Under the pieces are notes generated by a model. That model searched no databases. It was not told the DNA's origin and was given only the letters and a program-made list of their open reading frames with translations. Shown here one piece after another: positions 10,559-21,697 of a stretch of 64,000 nt of DNA. This DNA comes from Polyangiaceae bacterium (GTDB lineage Bacteria; Myxococcota_A; Polyangia; Polyangiales; Polyangiaceae): NCBI GenBank assembly GCA_033763455.1, contig JANRKO010000043.1, positions 64,001-128,000 of the forward strand, given 5' to 3'. The stretch's first letter is position 1. Each line of letters starts with the position of its first letter. The translations under genes were made by a program, and so were the position numbers.

Positions 10559-10822
10559 CTAGGCGTACCGACGCTTAAGCTCCGCCACGAAGTCTACGTA
10601 GCCCTGCATACAGGCGTCTTTCGATTGCCCCTTCTTTTGCTCCCAAGCGTCGAATTTGGCGCGGCCTTTGAAATCAAGCATGCCAGGTCGGGCTCCACTC
10701 ACATCCCCTACAGTCGCCTGCTTGAAGAAGGCGTAGAGGGTCAGAAGCTCGTTGGGGGCGGGGGTTGCCTTCAGTTGCTTCACCTCTGTCTGGGCTAACT
10801 CAAAATCGTCGATCAAAGCCAT
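10559..10822 (-). CDS. acyl-CoA-binding protein (ACBP)
   Basis: LLTLYAFFKQATVGD..RPGMLDFKGRAKFDAW signature; start at ATG 10822. Confidence 0.92.
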   Translation of the reverse strand: MALIDDFELAQTEVKQLKATPAPNELLTLYAFFKQATVGDVSGARPGMLDFKGRAKFDAWEQKKGQSKDACMQGYVDFVAELKRRYA

Positions 10823-10989
10823 CTTCTGCGGTCCTTTTGGTTGGGTTAAAAATGGGCCGGCGGATGCTCCAGCCGGCACGCGGGCGAGTCAAGTCATCGG
10901 GTGGACTTGAGAATGGTCGTGGCGTCCGGAGGCAGCCGTTCCGAACCCACCTGTTCACGCCGATGCCGGAGTGAGTACGCTCGCCCCAG

Positions 10990-11802
10990 ATGAGCGCCCC
11001 CCAGATTTCGAACGGCTTGAATGTTGAGGTTCTTGGGCAAGGCCCCGCAACTACGGTGCTCCTGCACGGGTTCCTAGGCTCGGGCAAGAACTTGCGTCCG
11101 CTTGCGCGCCTCTGGGCTGAGCGGGATCCTGCGCGAACGATGGTTGTGGTCGATTTGCCCGGCCACGGAGAATCCATGCCTCTTTCGGCTGGAGCCACCC
11201 TGGATTCTATGGCTCGCTCAGTGCTCGACGGTGTGCGTGAGCTAGAGCTTCCCGAACCATTTCAATTGCTCGGCCACTCTCTCGGAGGGCGTGTCGCCCT
11301 TGCTGCGCTCGGCATAGAGCCAACGCTCATTGGTACAGCGACCCTTTTGGATATTGGCCCAGGTCCAATCGATCCGAAGATGTCCGAAAGTCGCCGGGTA
11401 CTCGATATTTTGCTCGATGCGCCTGAAGTTGTGAGCGACAGAATTGAGATGCGAAATTTCCTCATGGGGCGCGGCCTTTCTAAGCCACTCTCGGATTGGA
11501 TTATCATGAACCTCAAGCTGAGATCTTCGGAGGGCCCAGCCGAATTTACGTGGCGCATTGATCGACGCGCGTTAGGGGAATTGCACGGCACGTTCAATCG
11601 CGCCGATCTTTGGCCAACAGTCGAGCGTTTTGGTTCAAAAATCGCCTGTGTGCGTGGCGAACATTCGGCGTATGTGAGCACCGAGGAATTGCGGCGAATG
11701 GCGCAGCTCGGAGTGAGAACCCACACCTTGGCTGGCGCTGGGCACTACGTGCATGTGGACGCTCTGGCGGAGCTCGTGGAGTGGTTGCTCGAGTTCAAGT
11801 GA
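10990..11802 (+). CDS. alpha/beta hydrolase (YbfF-like esterase)
   Basis: LHGFLGS, DLPGHG, GHSLGG and AGHYVH. Confidence 0.9.
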   Translation: MSAPQISNGLNVEVLGQGPATTVLLHGFLGSGKNLRPLARLWAERDPARTMVVVDLPGHGESMPLSAGATLDSMARSVLDGVRELELPEPFQLLGHSLGGRVALAALGIEPTLIGTATLLDIGPGPIDPKMSESRRVLDILLDAPEVVSDRIEMRNFLMGRGLSKPLSDWIIMNLKLRSSEGPAEFTWRIDRRALGELHGTFNRADLWPTVERFGSKIACVRGEHSAYVSTEELRRMAQLGVRTHTLAGAGHYVHVDALAELVEWLLEFK

Positions 11803-12163
11803 GTTGCAGAAGTTTTCGCGGGGAGGCCGTGAGCTTCGGCCCCCACTTCGCCTCTCGTTGAGAATTGCTCCGAGTCCTTTTGGCGGGCTTAGGCACACGG
11901 ACACCCTTTTCGTTGCGACTCAGATACTTCGCATGACAAGTACCTGTCGCGGTCCGAAAACCCTCGCTGGTTGCTTCACTGATAGCTCCAGAAGCCCTTT
12001 CGCGCGTCATCGGTAGTGAGAGCTTGCCTCCATTCAAAGTCATCGATCGCCTCCATCAAGGAATGGAGCTGCGACGGCTTAGTTTCGTCACTTGCGTCGA
12101 ACGACTCTTCCTCCCCACCACCGGGCGAGAAGAACCCGAAGAACCCTCTCCACTCGGGAATTC

Positions 12164-12211
12164 TGGTGTCCAGGGACGGAATTGAACCGCCGACACGAGG
12201 ATTTTCAATCC
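12164..12211 (-). other. 3' half of tRNA-Phe(GAA); probable att core of the island
   Basis: Minus strand GGATTGAAAATCCTCGTGTCGGCGGTTCAATTCCGTCCCTGGACACCA gives anticodon loop, T arm, acceptor 3' strand and CCA; no D arm or 5' half adjacent. Confidence 0.88.
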
Positions 12212-12342
12212 CAGAGCCACGCGGGGTAACTCCGCGAAAGGATGTGGGGTTTGGGCGTAAGCTTCGGGCGGTGTAGCGGATTTGTAGCGGGCGGATGGCG
12301 TCGCGGCAGCGTGGAGGCCCCAGCCTTTCAGCAAGCGAAGCG

Positions 12343-12771
12343 TCAGCGCGGCAAACCCCGCATGGCCTCAATGTAGGCTCGAAGGCGTGCCTCCCTAAAT
12401 TCACGATCCCGAAGGAGGCCGGTGAGGTCAGCCGGTTTAGTCTCCGAGCTCAACCTGGCCTGCCGGATAACTCCATCAAGAACCTCAATGGCCCGGCGAT
12501 CACCTTCAGTCATGGCTCGGAAGTACTCCTTGGCCTGTTCAGGACGGCCAAATTGGGGGATCTCAAAACCCGGCGATCGGCGATGTGTGTCCGCCGCCGT
12601 AAGTTGTACTGGCTCTGCTGCTGAACAGGCGTGCGCTGCGAAGAGGCTCGCCGCTGCAGCGAGGCCCGCTCCGATGAGCACTTTGGGAGCGCGCGTAGTC
12701 GTAGCGCGCCCGCGGAAGGTCCTTGCCATAGGCGTGCTCGCTTCAGTCGTCATCGCCGCGTTTCTTATCAC
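12343..12771 (-). CDS. hypothetical exported protein
   Basis: Basic then hydrophobic signal-like N-terminus; overlaps the 3' end of the CLCA-like gene. Confidence 0.45.
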   Translation of the reverse strand: MIRNAAMTTEASTPMARTFRGRATTTRAPKVLIGAGLAAAASLFAAHACSAAEPVQLTAADTHRRSPGFEIPQFGRPEQAKEYFRAMTEGDRRAIEVLDGVIRQARLSSETKPADLTGLLRDREFREARLRAYIEAMRGLPR

Positions 12772-15700
12772 TCAGAGAACATTCTTTTGAATCGTCGTTA
12801 TCACCATGTTCACCTCCGTCTTCATGGCTGCCGTCGTCGTCGTCGTGTTCGTCGTCACGCTCTCGGCAAAGGCGAATGACTGTTCTCCGAGGTAGGGGAT
12901 GCTCCCGGTCGGGTTTTGTGAGTTGGCCTTTGCCAAGAAGCCCGCGTGCCCGATCCCCGTCCAGCGGATGGTCATCATCGTGGTCGCCTCGGTCACTGTC
13001 GCCTTTGTTGGAGCACTTTGACGCCTCGCCGGGGCGCCTAGAGCTCACGCTCACCCTCTGCTTCTTAACAGTTTCATTGCCAAATCGGTCTATTGCGCGC
13101 CAAGTGACAACATGGTCGCCAGCAGTGAATTGAGCCGGGGCATCATTTACGACGGTGACTTCACCGCCACAGGCATCAAAGGCTTTGGCTTCACCAAGAT
13201 CAACACAATTTTCGCATGGTCCAAGGATGATCGACGGGGGAACGTTCAGCACGGGAGGCGTCGTGTCGCGAACAGTAACGACCGATGTATCACTCTTGCT
13301 GCTCGACCCCACGCTGACGACAAGCGACGCAAGCGTGCTTCCGATAGGAAAACTCCCCGTGGCTATGACTGCCGTCGAGTTTGTGAGCTTCACCCTGCCC
13401 GCGGACCACAAGTAGGATGCGTTACCCTGCGGTCCGGAGTTGGAACCATTCAGCGTCACCAACGCCTTGCCGTGGGCTTGGCATTCGACCACCTGATCGG
13501 GTCCCGCATTGGCGATGAGCGCGACCGCCGGATCGATCCTGTCCGGGACATCATTGTTGTTGGCGTCAGCATCTCTAACGTTGGGAATTCCATCGTTATC
13601 GAGGTCCCCCGGAAGCTCTTCGGCATTGGGGATACCGTCTCCGTCGGCGTCACCGAGGAAAGGTACATTCGGTGCGAACTTTGGACCCAAGCCGCGCGCT
13701 AGCAGCAGAGAGGGGTCTTGCGTGGTTTCGCCCGGCAAGGGAGCTTCTTTGGTCGAGTTCAAGTAGAACGACGTGTCCGAGTCCCGCTGGAAAGCTTTAG
13801 CCACTTTCACTGCGGGATTGCTCGCCGATCTTGTCCCCGAATGGTCGACGTTCTCGCCTCGAATCAATGTCGCACCGTCGCGAACGTCACAAGTAACGTT
13901 GACAAAATACTGCCCTCGACCAACGAGGTCAGCGGGCTGGACTTCGGCCTCGTATTCTCCGCTCACCGAATTGCGAACAAAGTTTAGCGCCACAAGGATT
14001 TTGTCGGGGCGGAGCAGTGTCCCGGTGTAGCTCGCACCTTCGACGATATCGCGCTCAAAAGCGGCCTTTGCCGTAACGATGACTTTCTCTCCGTCTCGGT
14101 AAACGCGCTGTTTGGCGAAGCTGGTGCACTCTGGTGTTGTTGAGCTGTCTACGGCAGCACTCACGTAATATCCGGGTTGACGGACCTCCACAGGGTCACC
14201 GCCAGCTTCCCGCACGCGCCACGTGCCAGCTTGTGGGGTCGGTACGGTGAGCACGGCGTAGGCCCCGTCTACAGTCACGGGAACATTGGGGTTGAAATTG
14301 GGTACGAAGCGGTATGCCTGCTCACTCGGAGACAACAGAATAGCCCTCCCGACGTCGACAGAAAACGTCTGGCGGGTGGAATCGTAGTCCGAAACCGAAA
14401 CGGTCAGGGCCTTAGCGCCTTCCTCCACCTTGAACGTGTAATCAATGGGCGTGCTGTAACTGTCGCCATTCATCTCGGGGAGCCGGAGGTGGCTTCGGGC
14501 TTGCGCTTGACCTTTAAGCTCCGCGGCCCCCGCGAAGAAAAGTGGCACCATGTCGTCGCCCGCGGGACGTTGACCTGGGAAGATACGGGCGGGAGTTGGC
14601 TGGCTTTGGGCGGCACCAGAAAACCCATCGTAGTAGACTGGAAATTCCCAGTACTGGACCTCCGGATGGCTGGCAATCGCGTCATTAACTTGAGCTTGCG
14701 CATCAGAGCATATGCCGCCACAATTCACCTGAGTACAGTTTACACCGTCGTCAGGCTTGCCGGGATTGAGGCAGGTTCCTGTGTTTGGAATGTTGGCCAA
14801 GCCGTCGCTCAAGTGAATCACCACCAGGGTGTCTTTTTGCCCTGGAACGGGCGGGCCGATGCGGCCATCGAACACATCCGCGGCCAGAGCAAGGGCCCTT
14901 CCGGTTTCAGTCCCACCGTTTGCAATGGGATCTTCCCCAAACGGATCATCAGTCGGCCGTAACAAACCATTGAACTGCTCTTGCGAGATGCCAGTTACTC
15001 CGCCACTGAGCGGCACGGCGAATCGCAACGGATCTTTGCATCCTCCATTTTAGCAGACGCCGACAAACGGGGGAGATCCGCAGTCTGTGGCCTCTGTCGC
15101 CGTTGAGCAGGACGGCCCGCTTACCTGCGGAAACTTCAAGAACGTCCCAGCGCTGTAGAAAGAGAGGCCAATCCGGGGGCCAAGCGAGGGCTTAGCAATC
15201 GTAGTGAAGAAGTTCCGGGCTGCGAACTTGGCAAAATCCAGGCGTTTACGCCCCGCCGGGTTTAGCGTAGTGGCGTCAGTCGTGTTCATGCTTCCGGACT
15301 TGTCCATCACGAACACGACTTGGGTGTCACTGTCGAAATTGGGGGTCCGCTCGGCAATGAAATCATCATTGAAGCTGACGTTGCCGCAATCGGCAGGTGG
15401 ATCTGGATTGATGTTTTGCACGAAAAACGGGCGACGTATTGTACCCTGGGTTACGTCAATACCGAACCGATCACAGAGGGTCGCCTGGAGATTATCCCAG
15501 TCTGACTGCACAGCAGCGGCGCCGCCCCCGAGGGCCTGGCGAATCGTACCTTCGGAGGAGTCGTAACGCTTCAGCGTATCGTTGAACGAAACGGCGTGAA
15601 GCCTAGCAGCCGCTTCCGCTGGATTGGGTGCCTTACGATTAACGTAAGTGAGGCTTGGGTATTGTGGTGCTTCGTACTCCTGCGCCGACCCCGGCAGGGT

Positions 15701-18195
15701 GAACAAATCGTTGCGTGCGTACATCTGAACGATGCCAGGCGAGGCCGCTACGCTTGGCCCTCTGCCTAGCAGGTCGCAATTAGGAGTGCCAAACGTAGGC
15801 ACCGCAAGCGGCGGGGGTGAACCCGCCCAAGCCTTGGAACAATTCCAATCACCACGCCGTGCAACCGCAAGCCCCCTAAGATCCACGCGCAGCTGAAAGG
15901 GCTCGACGATGCCGGACGTGGTGGCTCGATCTTTGAGTGGTCCTGTGGGCACTTGGGTGCCCCAGGCGTCACTGAGGGCCGTTCCCAAGTTATCTCCGAC
16001 GTTTAGAACTGGCCAGCTTCCTGGATCAAAAGCCTGCCCATTCACCTTGATGAGCGTGCTTGTGTTGTTTCGATAATCCATCGCAAATTCTAGCGTGAAG
16101 CTCCGCACCTCGTGCAAGACTCCGGAGAAGTGTTGTTCGCCGGCGGCGCTTGCGAACTCGGCATCGTCCATTGCGAAGGTAACACCCCACACTTCGCTAT
16201 AAGAAAGGTTTCCCGGCGCAGTGCCCACAGGCCACCCTTCGGGGTGATACCTGGAAAGGCGCTGGATGAACGCAAACATCCCGTGGTTGGAAGGGCCCAT
16301 CTCGGCTAAATTGAGTCCACGGCCATTGCTAGCTCCAGGGGCCGGAGAAAGGGCGTCGAGTGCGCCCGTCTGAACGTTGGGCCGCTTTTCAACGCTACCG
16401 CGTTTGTCGAATACCTCAGCGAAGAGCGTCGTAGCGCTCTGCTTGTGAGCTTCCCACAGCTGCACCACACCATCCGGCTGCGCTGGAGTAGTAGCGCCCC
16501 CGGAATCGGTGAAGCCCTGTGTTCGAAATGGCAGAACACACTGCGAGAGATCGAACAGGCAGTTAGGGCGGCAGCGTACCACGCCGCCTGTAAGCTTACG
16601 ACCTGGAGTCGCTTGTTCGCGGGTTTGACCAAGTGCTTTGATTCGGAACTGGCTGTATACACGGTCGCAAGTCAACGGTGTGATCCCGTCGTCATCGAAC
16701 ACGGCGCCCCCGGCGGCTCCCACGTCACATTGCTCGAAGAGCGCGTCTGCTCCCGTCGTGAAATCGACAACACCGTTGCCGCAGCCAGGAACCGCGGGAT
16801 TAGTACTCACTCCCAGCGCGGGGCTACACGCCGACGTTTCCGCGAGCACCGCTGAATCGCATGAGGTCAAATACGGAGCCGCGTGGTTGGGATGGCCCAG
16901 CGCGTCCGACCCCGGGCACTTAAAACCTGAAGCCTGCCCTCCTTGAAAACAAGCGAATTCCACGCCTGGACTGTTAGATAGCGTGGGCACTTCGCCGTCG
17001 CCGACTCTGCCCGAGGTCCCCTGCGGGTCGGGCTTGGGGATCTCACGACCCGACGGCGAAAAGCCGTTGGGCTGGTCGTCGGTTGAAGGGTATAAGAAGC
17101 CTGCCAGAACCAGTTGATTGCCCGGAAATTGATACGTGTCCGGGCGGGCTGGCTCCGCAGATACATCGCCTCGGGTTCGGTCAAAACGATCCACATCGTG
17201 ATTCGGTGAGACGGAGTACTCGCTGTTGTTGGGGATACCAGCGGTCAGGCAGAGTTGGAAATCTCCCGCTTGAGGCGTTCGCGCGCCGGAAGTACCGCCG
17301 GTGTAGTAGGTGGCACAATCCGCATCCGTCATGCATGCCTTATCGGTCCACGTGGGATCCACCTCGCTCGGCGCCAAACGGTCCGTATCGGATCGGCAAG
17401 CTGCCCGCTGGCTTGTTGCATCAGCGAGTTGTTCTGCGCCCACCAGGGCGCGCCAAAGCCCTCATACAGAGGGGATCCATCCAACTTGAGCGCAGGATCC
17501 GGAGGCAGCGAAGCTTCAGAAAATGGGTAACCATAGCGAGGATTCACAAAGAGCGACAAGCCACCAATGGTGCGGCTAGGACGCCCAGTGAACCCCGTTG
17601 AGCGAAAGTGCGGGTTATCATCGCCACGTTGATCTGAGTAGTAATCTTCAAGGCCGAACAGCAAATGCCCCAGCTCGTGCGCCATCAGCTGAGCCTCGTG
17701 CCCGTGGCTCCCCGCAAGGCCAGTAACAGTGAGCCTGCCAACGTTACTGAGTGCTTGCTGCACGTTCCTGCAGGTCATTGGGCTTCCTTCGCCGAAGCTT
17801 CCTGAGGAGAACGCGCGCTCGTCTTGGCCGCGCCATAGAATATCCGCATTCTTCTTCTCTGAAGGATGATTGACGAATTCGACACGCTCGATGCTGACCA
17901 GGCCGTCGGTGGTGTCGCAAATGGTCTTCGAAGCGCCTGCCATCTGCTGCTTGAATTCGCTAAAGTCAGAAGCTGTGCGCGGAGAATCCACGAACACTTT
18001 GAGTGCCACGTTGACGCGTGCAAGAGACCCATCTGCTCCAAAAACCGGTGTCATCGTGCCCTTGCCGGGGAGCGTGGACGCGCCACCAGGCATTGCCTGC
18101 CCGGAAGCTGGCGTTCTCTGACTGCAAACCGCCCCAATACCGATGCCCAAAGCGCAAGCTGCGCCAACCCAAGTTCGTTTCCGTGTCCCGCTCAT
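12743..18195 (-). pseudogene. CLCA-like secreted protein (HExxH metalloprotease, Cys-rich repeats, VWA, beta-sandwich, TSP3-like, PKD/HYR); one frameshift (~17400) and one in-frame TAA (15050-15052)
   Basis: ORFs 17329-18195, 15050-17443 and 12743-15028 read as one gene: HELGHLLFGLEDYY, VFVMDKSGSM (MIDAS), CGNGVVD..EQCD, DADGDGIP and DTTPPVLNVP. Confidence 0.75.
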
Positions 18196-18360
18196 GAGCT
18201 CCAGCTAGCGCGAAAGCGATAGAGCTTGCAACCCTTGGCCGTGTTACAAAAGTGTTGCGAATCGCCGAGCACAGCTGGAGTGGAATGGGGCAAGAATAGG
18301 CAGCATCAAGTTGACGCCTTTTGCGGCTCGTGGGACCATACCGCCTAAGGTGGCACCAAC

Positions 18361-19503
18361 GTGAACCAGGCGAAACGAAGGCTAGGTTTCTGGATGGCGG
18401 CGGGGCTGCTCGCACTGGGTGGAGTGAGCACTGCTGGGTGCCGGGGCGGGACGAGCGCGGCACCTTCAACGTCTCCAAGCACAGGTGGAGGAGGTGATGG
18501 TGCGGCTGGGGCGCCTGTCGGTGCCGTCGGTGGAGCTCTGGTGCCGGGCACCGGGCTACCGTGGCCGCCGCCGAACCTGCTTCTGTTCATTGGTTATCAC
18601 AATTCTTTGGGCATCCAGGTAGACGACAAGTACCTGTATTGGTCTGACGCAGCGGGTTCGTCGTTCATGCGAGCCGACAAGACTGGCGCTGGCGAGCCCC
18701 AAGAAATTGTGCGATGCGCATGTCACCCCCTGCGGTTCGTTGCTGACAAGGCGACGGCCAGCCTTTACGTTCTCAATAGGGATCGTGTGCTGCAAGTGGA
18801 CAGGGAGACATTCGTTCAAACAGCGTTGCCCCTGGACTGGGACCACACTAGTGGCGACCTCTTCGCCGATGACCAGTACATTTACACCGCCATGCACGGT
18901 TGCGCAGCTATTACGCGCTTCGACAAGCTCTCGCACGCAAAGGAGGTAATGGGCATCTCTGGGGTCAAATACCCAGCGCGCGCAGGTTATACAACGCTTG
19001 GCAAGGCAGGCGGAAAGCTCGTCTGTAGTTCCCCCACCGAAGTTTATGTGATCGACACCTGGGGCCAGGGCGGCCGGCGTGTTTACGATCAGGGCAACAG
19101 CTTGTGGGGCATTACTGGGGTATCCGACAGCGCATACTGGGTTGACTCGGATGTGGTCACAAGAGTGGGATGGACGACGGTGGGCCCAGAAAGTGTTAAT
19201 CTGATTTCAAAGGAAGCCAGGGGTCGACCCAGCCGGTTGCTCTACCTGCCAACCCTTGAGAAACTGGCTTTCGCCTCCGGCTTTGGCATCCAGAGCTTCA
19301 GCCCCGCGACGAACCAGTTTGACGGTTTCGCAGCGGTTGGCGTCTTGGCTCAGTTTGGAAGTTCGGCTATCATTGATTTCGCTGTGGACTCCGAGTTCGC
19401 GTATGCCACCATGTCAGGCGGCAGAACTCATATCGTTAACGGAGTATTGCAAGGCGACGTTGCCTCATGGATTGCGCGCGTTCCGTTGGATGCGTTGAAG
19501 TAG
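18361..19503 (+). CDS. lipoprotein with probable beta-propeller repeats
   Basis: Lipobox TAGC, Gly/Ser linker, repeated VDDKYLYW / ADDQYIY / VDSEFAY units. Confidence 0.75.
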   Translation: MNQAKRRLGFWMAAGLLALGGVSTAGCRGGTSAAPSTSPSTGGGGDGAAGAPVGAVGGALVPGTGLPWPPPNLLLFIGYHNSLGIQVDDKYLYWSDAAGSSFMRADKTGAGEPQEIVRCACHPLRFVADKATASLYVLNRDRVLQVDRETFVQTALPLDWDHTSGDLFADDQYIYTAMHGCAAITRFDKLSHAKEVMGISGVKYPARAGYTTLGKAGGKLVCSSPTEVYVIDTWGQGGRRVYDQGNSLWGITGVSDSAYWVDSDVVTRVGWTTVGPESVNLISKEARGRPSRLLYLPTLEKLAFASGFGIQSFSPATNQFDGFAAVGVLAQFGSSAIIDFAVDSEFAYATMSGGRTHIVNGVLQGDVASWIARVPLDALK

Positions 19504-19556
19504 AGCCACCATCGCGGGACGAGCCTAGCCAACCCGCGTGCCAGAGAAGATATGCA

Positions 19557-19700
19557 GGTTATCATCGCCACGTTGATCTTGATCTGAGTAGTAATCTTCT
19601 AGACCGAACAGAAAATGCCCGAGTTCGTGCGCCATCAGCTGGGCATCGTGCCCGTGCCTCCCTGCAAGTCCGGCTTCATTGGTGAGCGCCTGCGGCACCT
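19557..19700 (-). pseudogene. fragment of a second CLCA-like gene (HExxH segment)
   Basis: Similar to 17613-17721; encodes AQLMAHELGHFLFGLEDYYSDQDQRGDDN. Confidence 0.75.
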
Positions 19701-19740
19701 GCGAAACTTGTGGTGCCCGCTGAACCGCCAGCCCCAACCC

Positions 19741-20262
19741 TTAAGGATACAACGGGGAACATACTAGTTGCTCAGTCTCCAGCCGATCGCACTTCTTGCC
19801 AAACCGCCCACTCACGCTTCCCAGTTGGCACGGAGCGAATAGGGTGGATTGGACGCCGACCAGCTGAAGTTGCGCATCAAAGTGATAGCCGGTGCCACGC
19901 TCCGCAACTACTGAGATGCCACCACACGAATTCTTATAGCGGTAAATGTCACCATAGATGCGGTTAAACACTTGGTCGCAGACTGAAAGAGCCTCGTCAG
20001 GGCTTTTCGGACAGTTCTGCCCGGGGCCTCCGCACACACAACTGAGAACCCTCGCTGAACATTCGTCAGAACAATCGCTACTCAGGCTCTCTGTGGCTCC
20101 ACCCACTCCGACAGATCCACCACTTCCCGTGGCTCCGCCGATCCCCGTCGGCAAGCTACCGGCGAGCGCTGGGTTCACACCGTCGTCAATCGCGGTGCCA
20201 CCACAGCTGGCAACGGCGACGCCCGTTGCGAATATAAAACTCTGCATCATCTTCATGGGCAC
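19741..20262 (-). CDS. Cys-rich lipoprotein
   Basis: Lipobox VASC, Gly/Ser linker, Cys-rich C-terminal domain. Confidence 0.65.
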   Translation of the reverse strand: MPMKMMQSFIFATGVAVASCGGTAIDDGVNPALAGSLPTGIGGATGSGGSVGVGGATESLSSDCSDECSARVLSCVCGGPGQNCPKSPDEALSVCDQVFNRIYGDIYRYKNSCGGISVVAERGTGYHFDAQLQLVGVQSTLFAPCQLGSVSGRFGKKCDRLETEQLVCSPLYP

Positions 20263-20353
20263 GTTGCCTGGTCAGCTTCCGGTAAACGCGTACTCTGCGT
20301 GGATTCCATGAGAGCACAACAAGAGAGGAAGCCTCGCCCAAAAGTAACGACGT

Positions 20354-20880
20354 TCCCGCTCATGACCTCCAGCTAGCGCGAGAAGCGATGAGCTTGCAAC
20401 CCTTGCTTGCGTTACAAAAGTGTTGCGAATCGCACAGCACAGCTGGAGTGGAATGGGGCAAGAATACGCGGCATCAAGTTGACGCCTTTGGCCGCGTGTG
20501 GGACCGTACCTCCTCAGGTGACACCAACGTGAACCAGGCAAAACGAAGGCTAAGTTTCTGGATGACGGCGGGGCTGCTCGCACTGGGTGGAGTGAGCACT
20601 GCTGGGTGCCGGGCTGGGACGAGCACGGCACCTCGGGCGCCTGTCGGTGCCGTCGGTGGAGCCCTGGTGCCGGGCACCGGCCTACCGTGGCCGCCGCCCA
20701 ACCTGCTTCTGTTCATTGGTTATCACAATTCTTTGGGCATTGAGGATTTCGCCGCGGACTCGGAGTTCGTGTATGCGACCATGTCAGGCGGAAGAACTCA
20801 TATTGTTAATGGAGTGTTGCAAGGCGATGTTGCCTCATGGATTGCCCGCATTCCTTTGGATGCGTTGAAGTGAAAGCCAC
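20354..20880 (+). repeat. diverged direct duplicate of 18186-18613 joined to a duplicate of ~19375-19509
   Basis: Visible nucleotide similarity across the divergent intergenic region, the lipoprotein N-terminus and the lipoprotein C-terminus. Confidence 0.9.
20529..20873 (+). CDS. internally deleted, in-frame paralogue of the 18361 lipoprotein (114 aa; possibly a pseudogene)
   Basis: ...GYHNSLGI joined directly to EDFAADSEFVYATMSGGR...LDALK. Confidence 0.6.
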   Translation: MNQAKRRLSFWMTAGLLALGGVSTAGCRAGTSTAPRAPVGAVGGALVPGTGLPWPPPNLLLFIGYHNSLGIEDFAADSEFVYATMSGGRTHIVNGVLQGDVASWIARIPLDALK

Positions 20881-21697
20881 ATTGAATCCCGCCACACCGG
20901 CGCCGTGGGTGGTTGCGGTACTTGTCCCCGCATTCAATGAGGCGGACGCCATCGCGGGAGTAATTCGGGAATATCTGGCCCTCTCCCGGGACTTTGCTGG
21001 GCATAACCTCCGCTTTGAACTGCATATTATCGACAACGGTTCGACGGATGGAACGGCCAAAGTTGCTGCATCTGAATTGCATCTGGCACGGGACTGCCAC
21101 GTGCACCGCGTCGCTGTTCGCGGCAAAGGTAACGCCGTTCGATGGGCGTTTTCGAATATTCAGGGTGACTTCTACGTACTCGTGGACGCCGATCTGAGCT
21201 ACTCCATGACCGATATCCCGGCGCTTGTCGCGATTGTGGCCAACGGCATCTGTGAGATGGCAGTAGGCGATCGGCTTATCGGCGGCGCATACCGCAAGGC
21301 GCACGGTCCGGATTTTCGATGGGCTGCAAACGAATTTGTATCTTGGGTCATCGGGTGGAGCCTTCAGCAATCCCGCGTCGATGCGCTGAGCGGGCTGCGC
21401 GTCCTCCATGGACCGCTAGCACGTTCCATGGACCTTCGTGAAGGTGGCTTTGCCCTTGAAACTGAGCTGATGTTCGAAGCTGCGCGGTTGCGTGCGCGAA
21501 TTCATTCGTTGCCTGCTGTCTATCGGGGGCGGCCAGCTGGGCAGAAGTCGAAGCTCGTCACCTCGAAAGATGGCCCGATTATCCTTTGGACTCTTGTTCG
21601 ACGACTACTCGCCCACCACACTAAGTCCAAACGCGCGTCGGTTGCCCGCAGCGCAGTAGTCCGTCACCGGGGCTCCGATTCCAGCATGGAGCGGTAG
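20870..21697 (+). CDS. GT2 glycosyltransferase (polyprenol-phosphate sugar synthase-like)
   Basis: VPAFNEA, IDNGSTDGT, RGKGNAV, VDADLSY and DALSGLR; GTG start overlaps the upstream TGA. Confidence 0.85.
   Translation: MKATLNPATPAPWVVAVLVPAFNEADAIAGVIREYLALSRDFAGHNLRFELHIIDNGSTDGTAKVAASELHLARDCHVHRVAVRGKGNAVRWAFSNIQGDFYVLVDADLSYSMTDIPALVAIVANGICEMAVGDRLIGGAYRKAHGPDFRWAANEFVSWVIGWSLQQSRVDALSGLRVLHGPLARSMDLREGGFALETELMFEAARLRARIHSLPAVYRGRPAGQKSKLVTSKDGPIILWTLVRRLLAHHTKSKRASVARSAVVRHRGSDSSMER

Noticed and set aside
12164..12240. Complete tRNA-Phe gene
   Set aside because: Similarity stops at the anticodon stem; no D arm or acceptor 5' strand was seen here or elsewhere in the window
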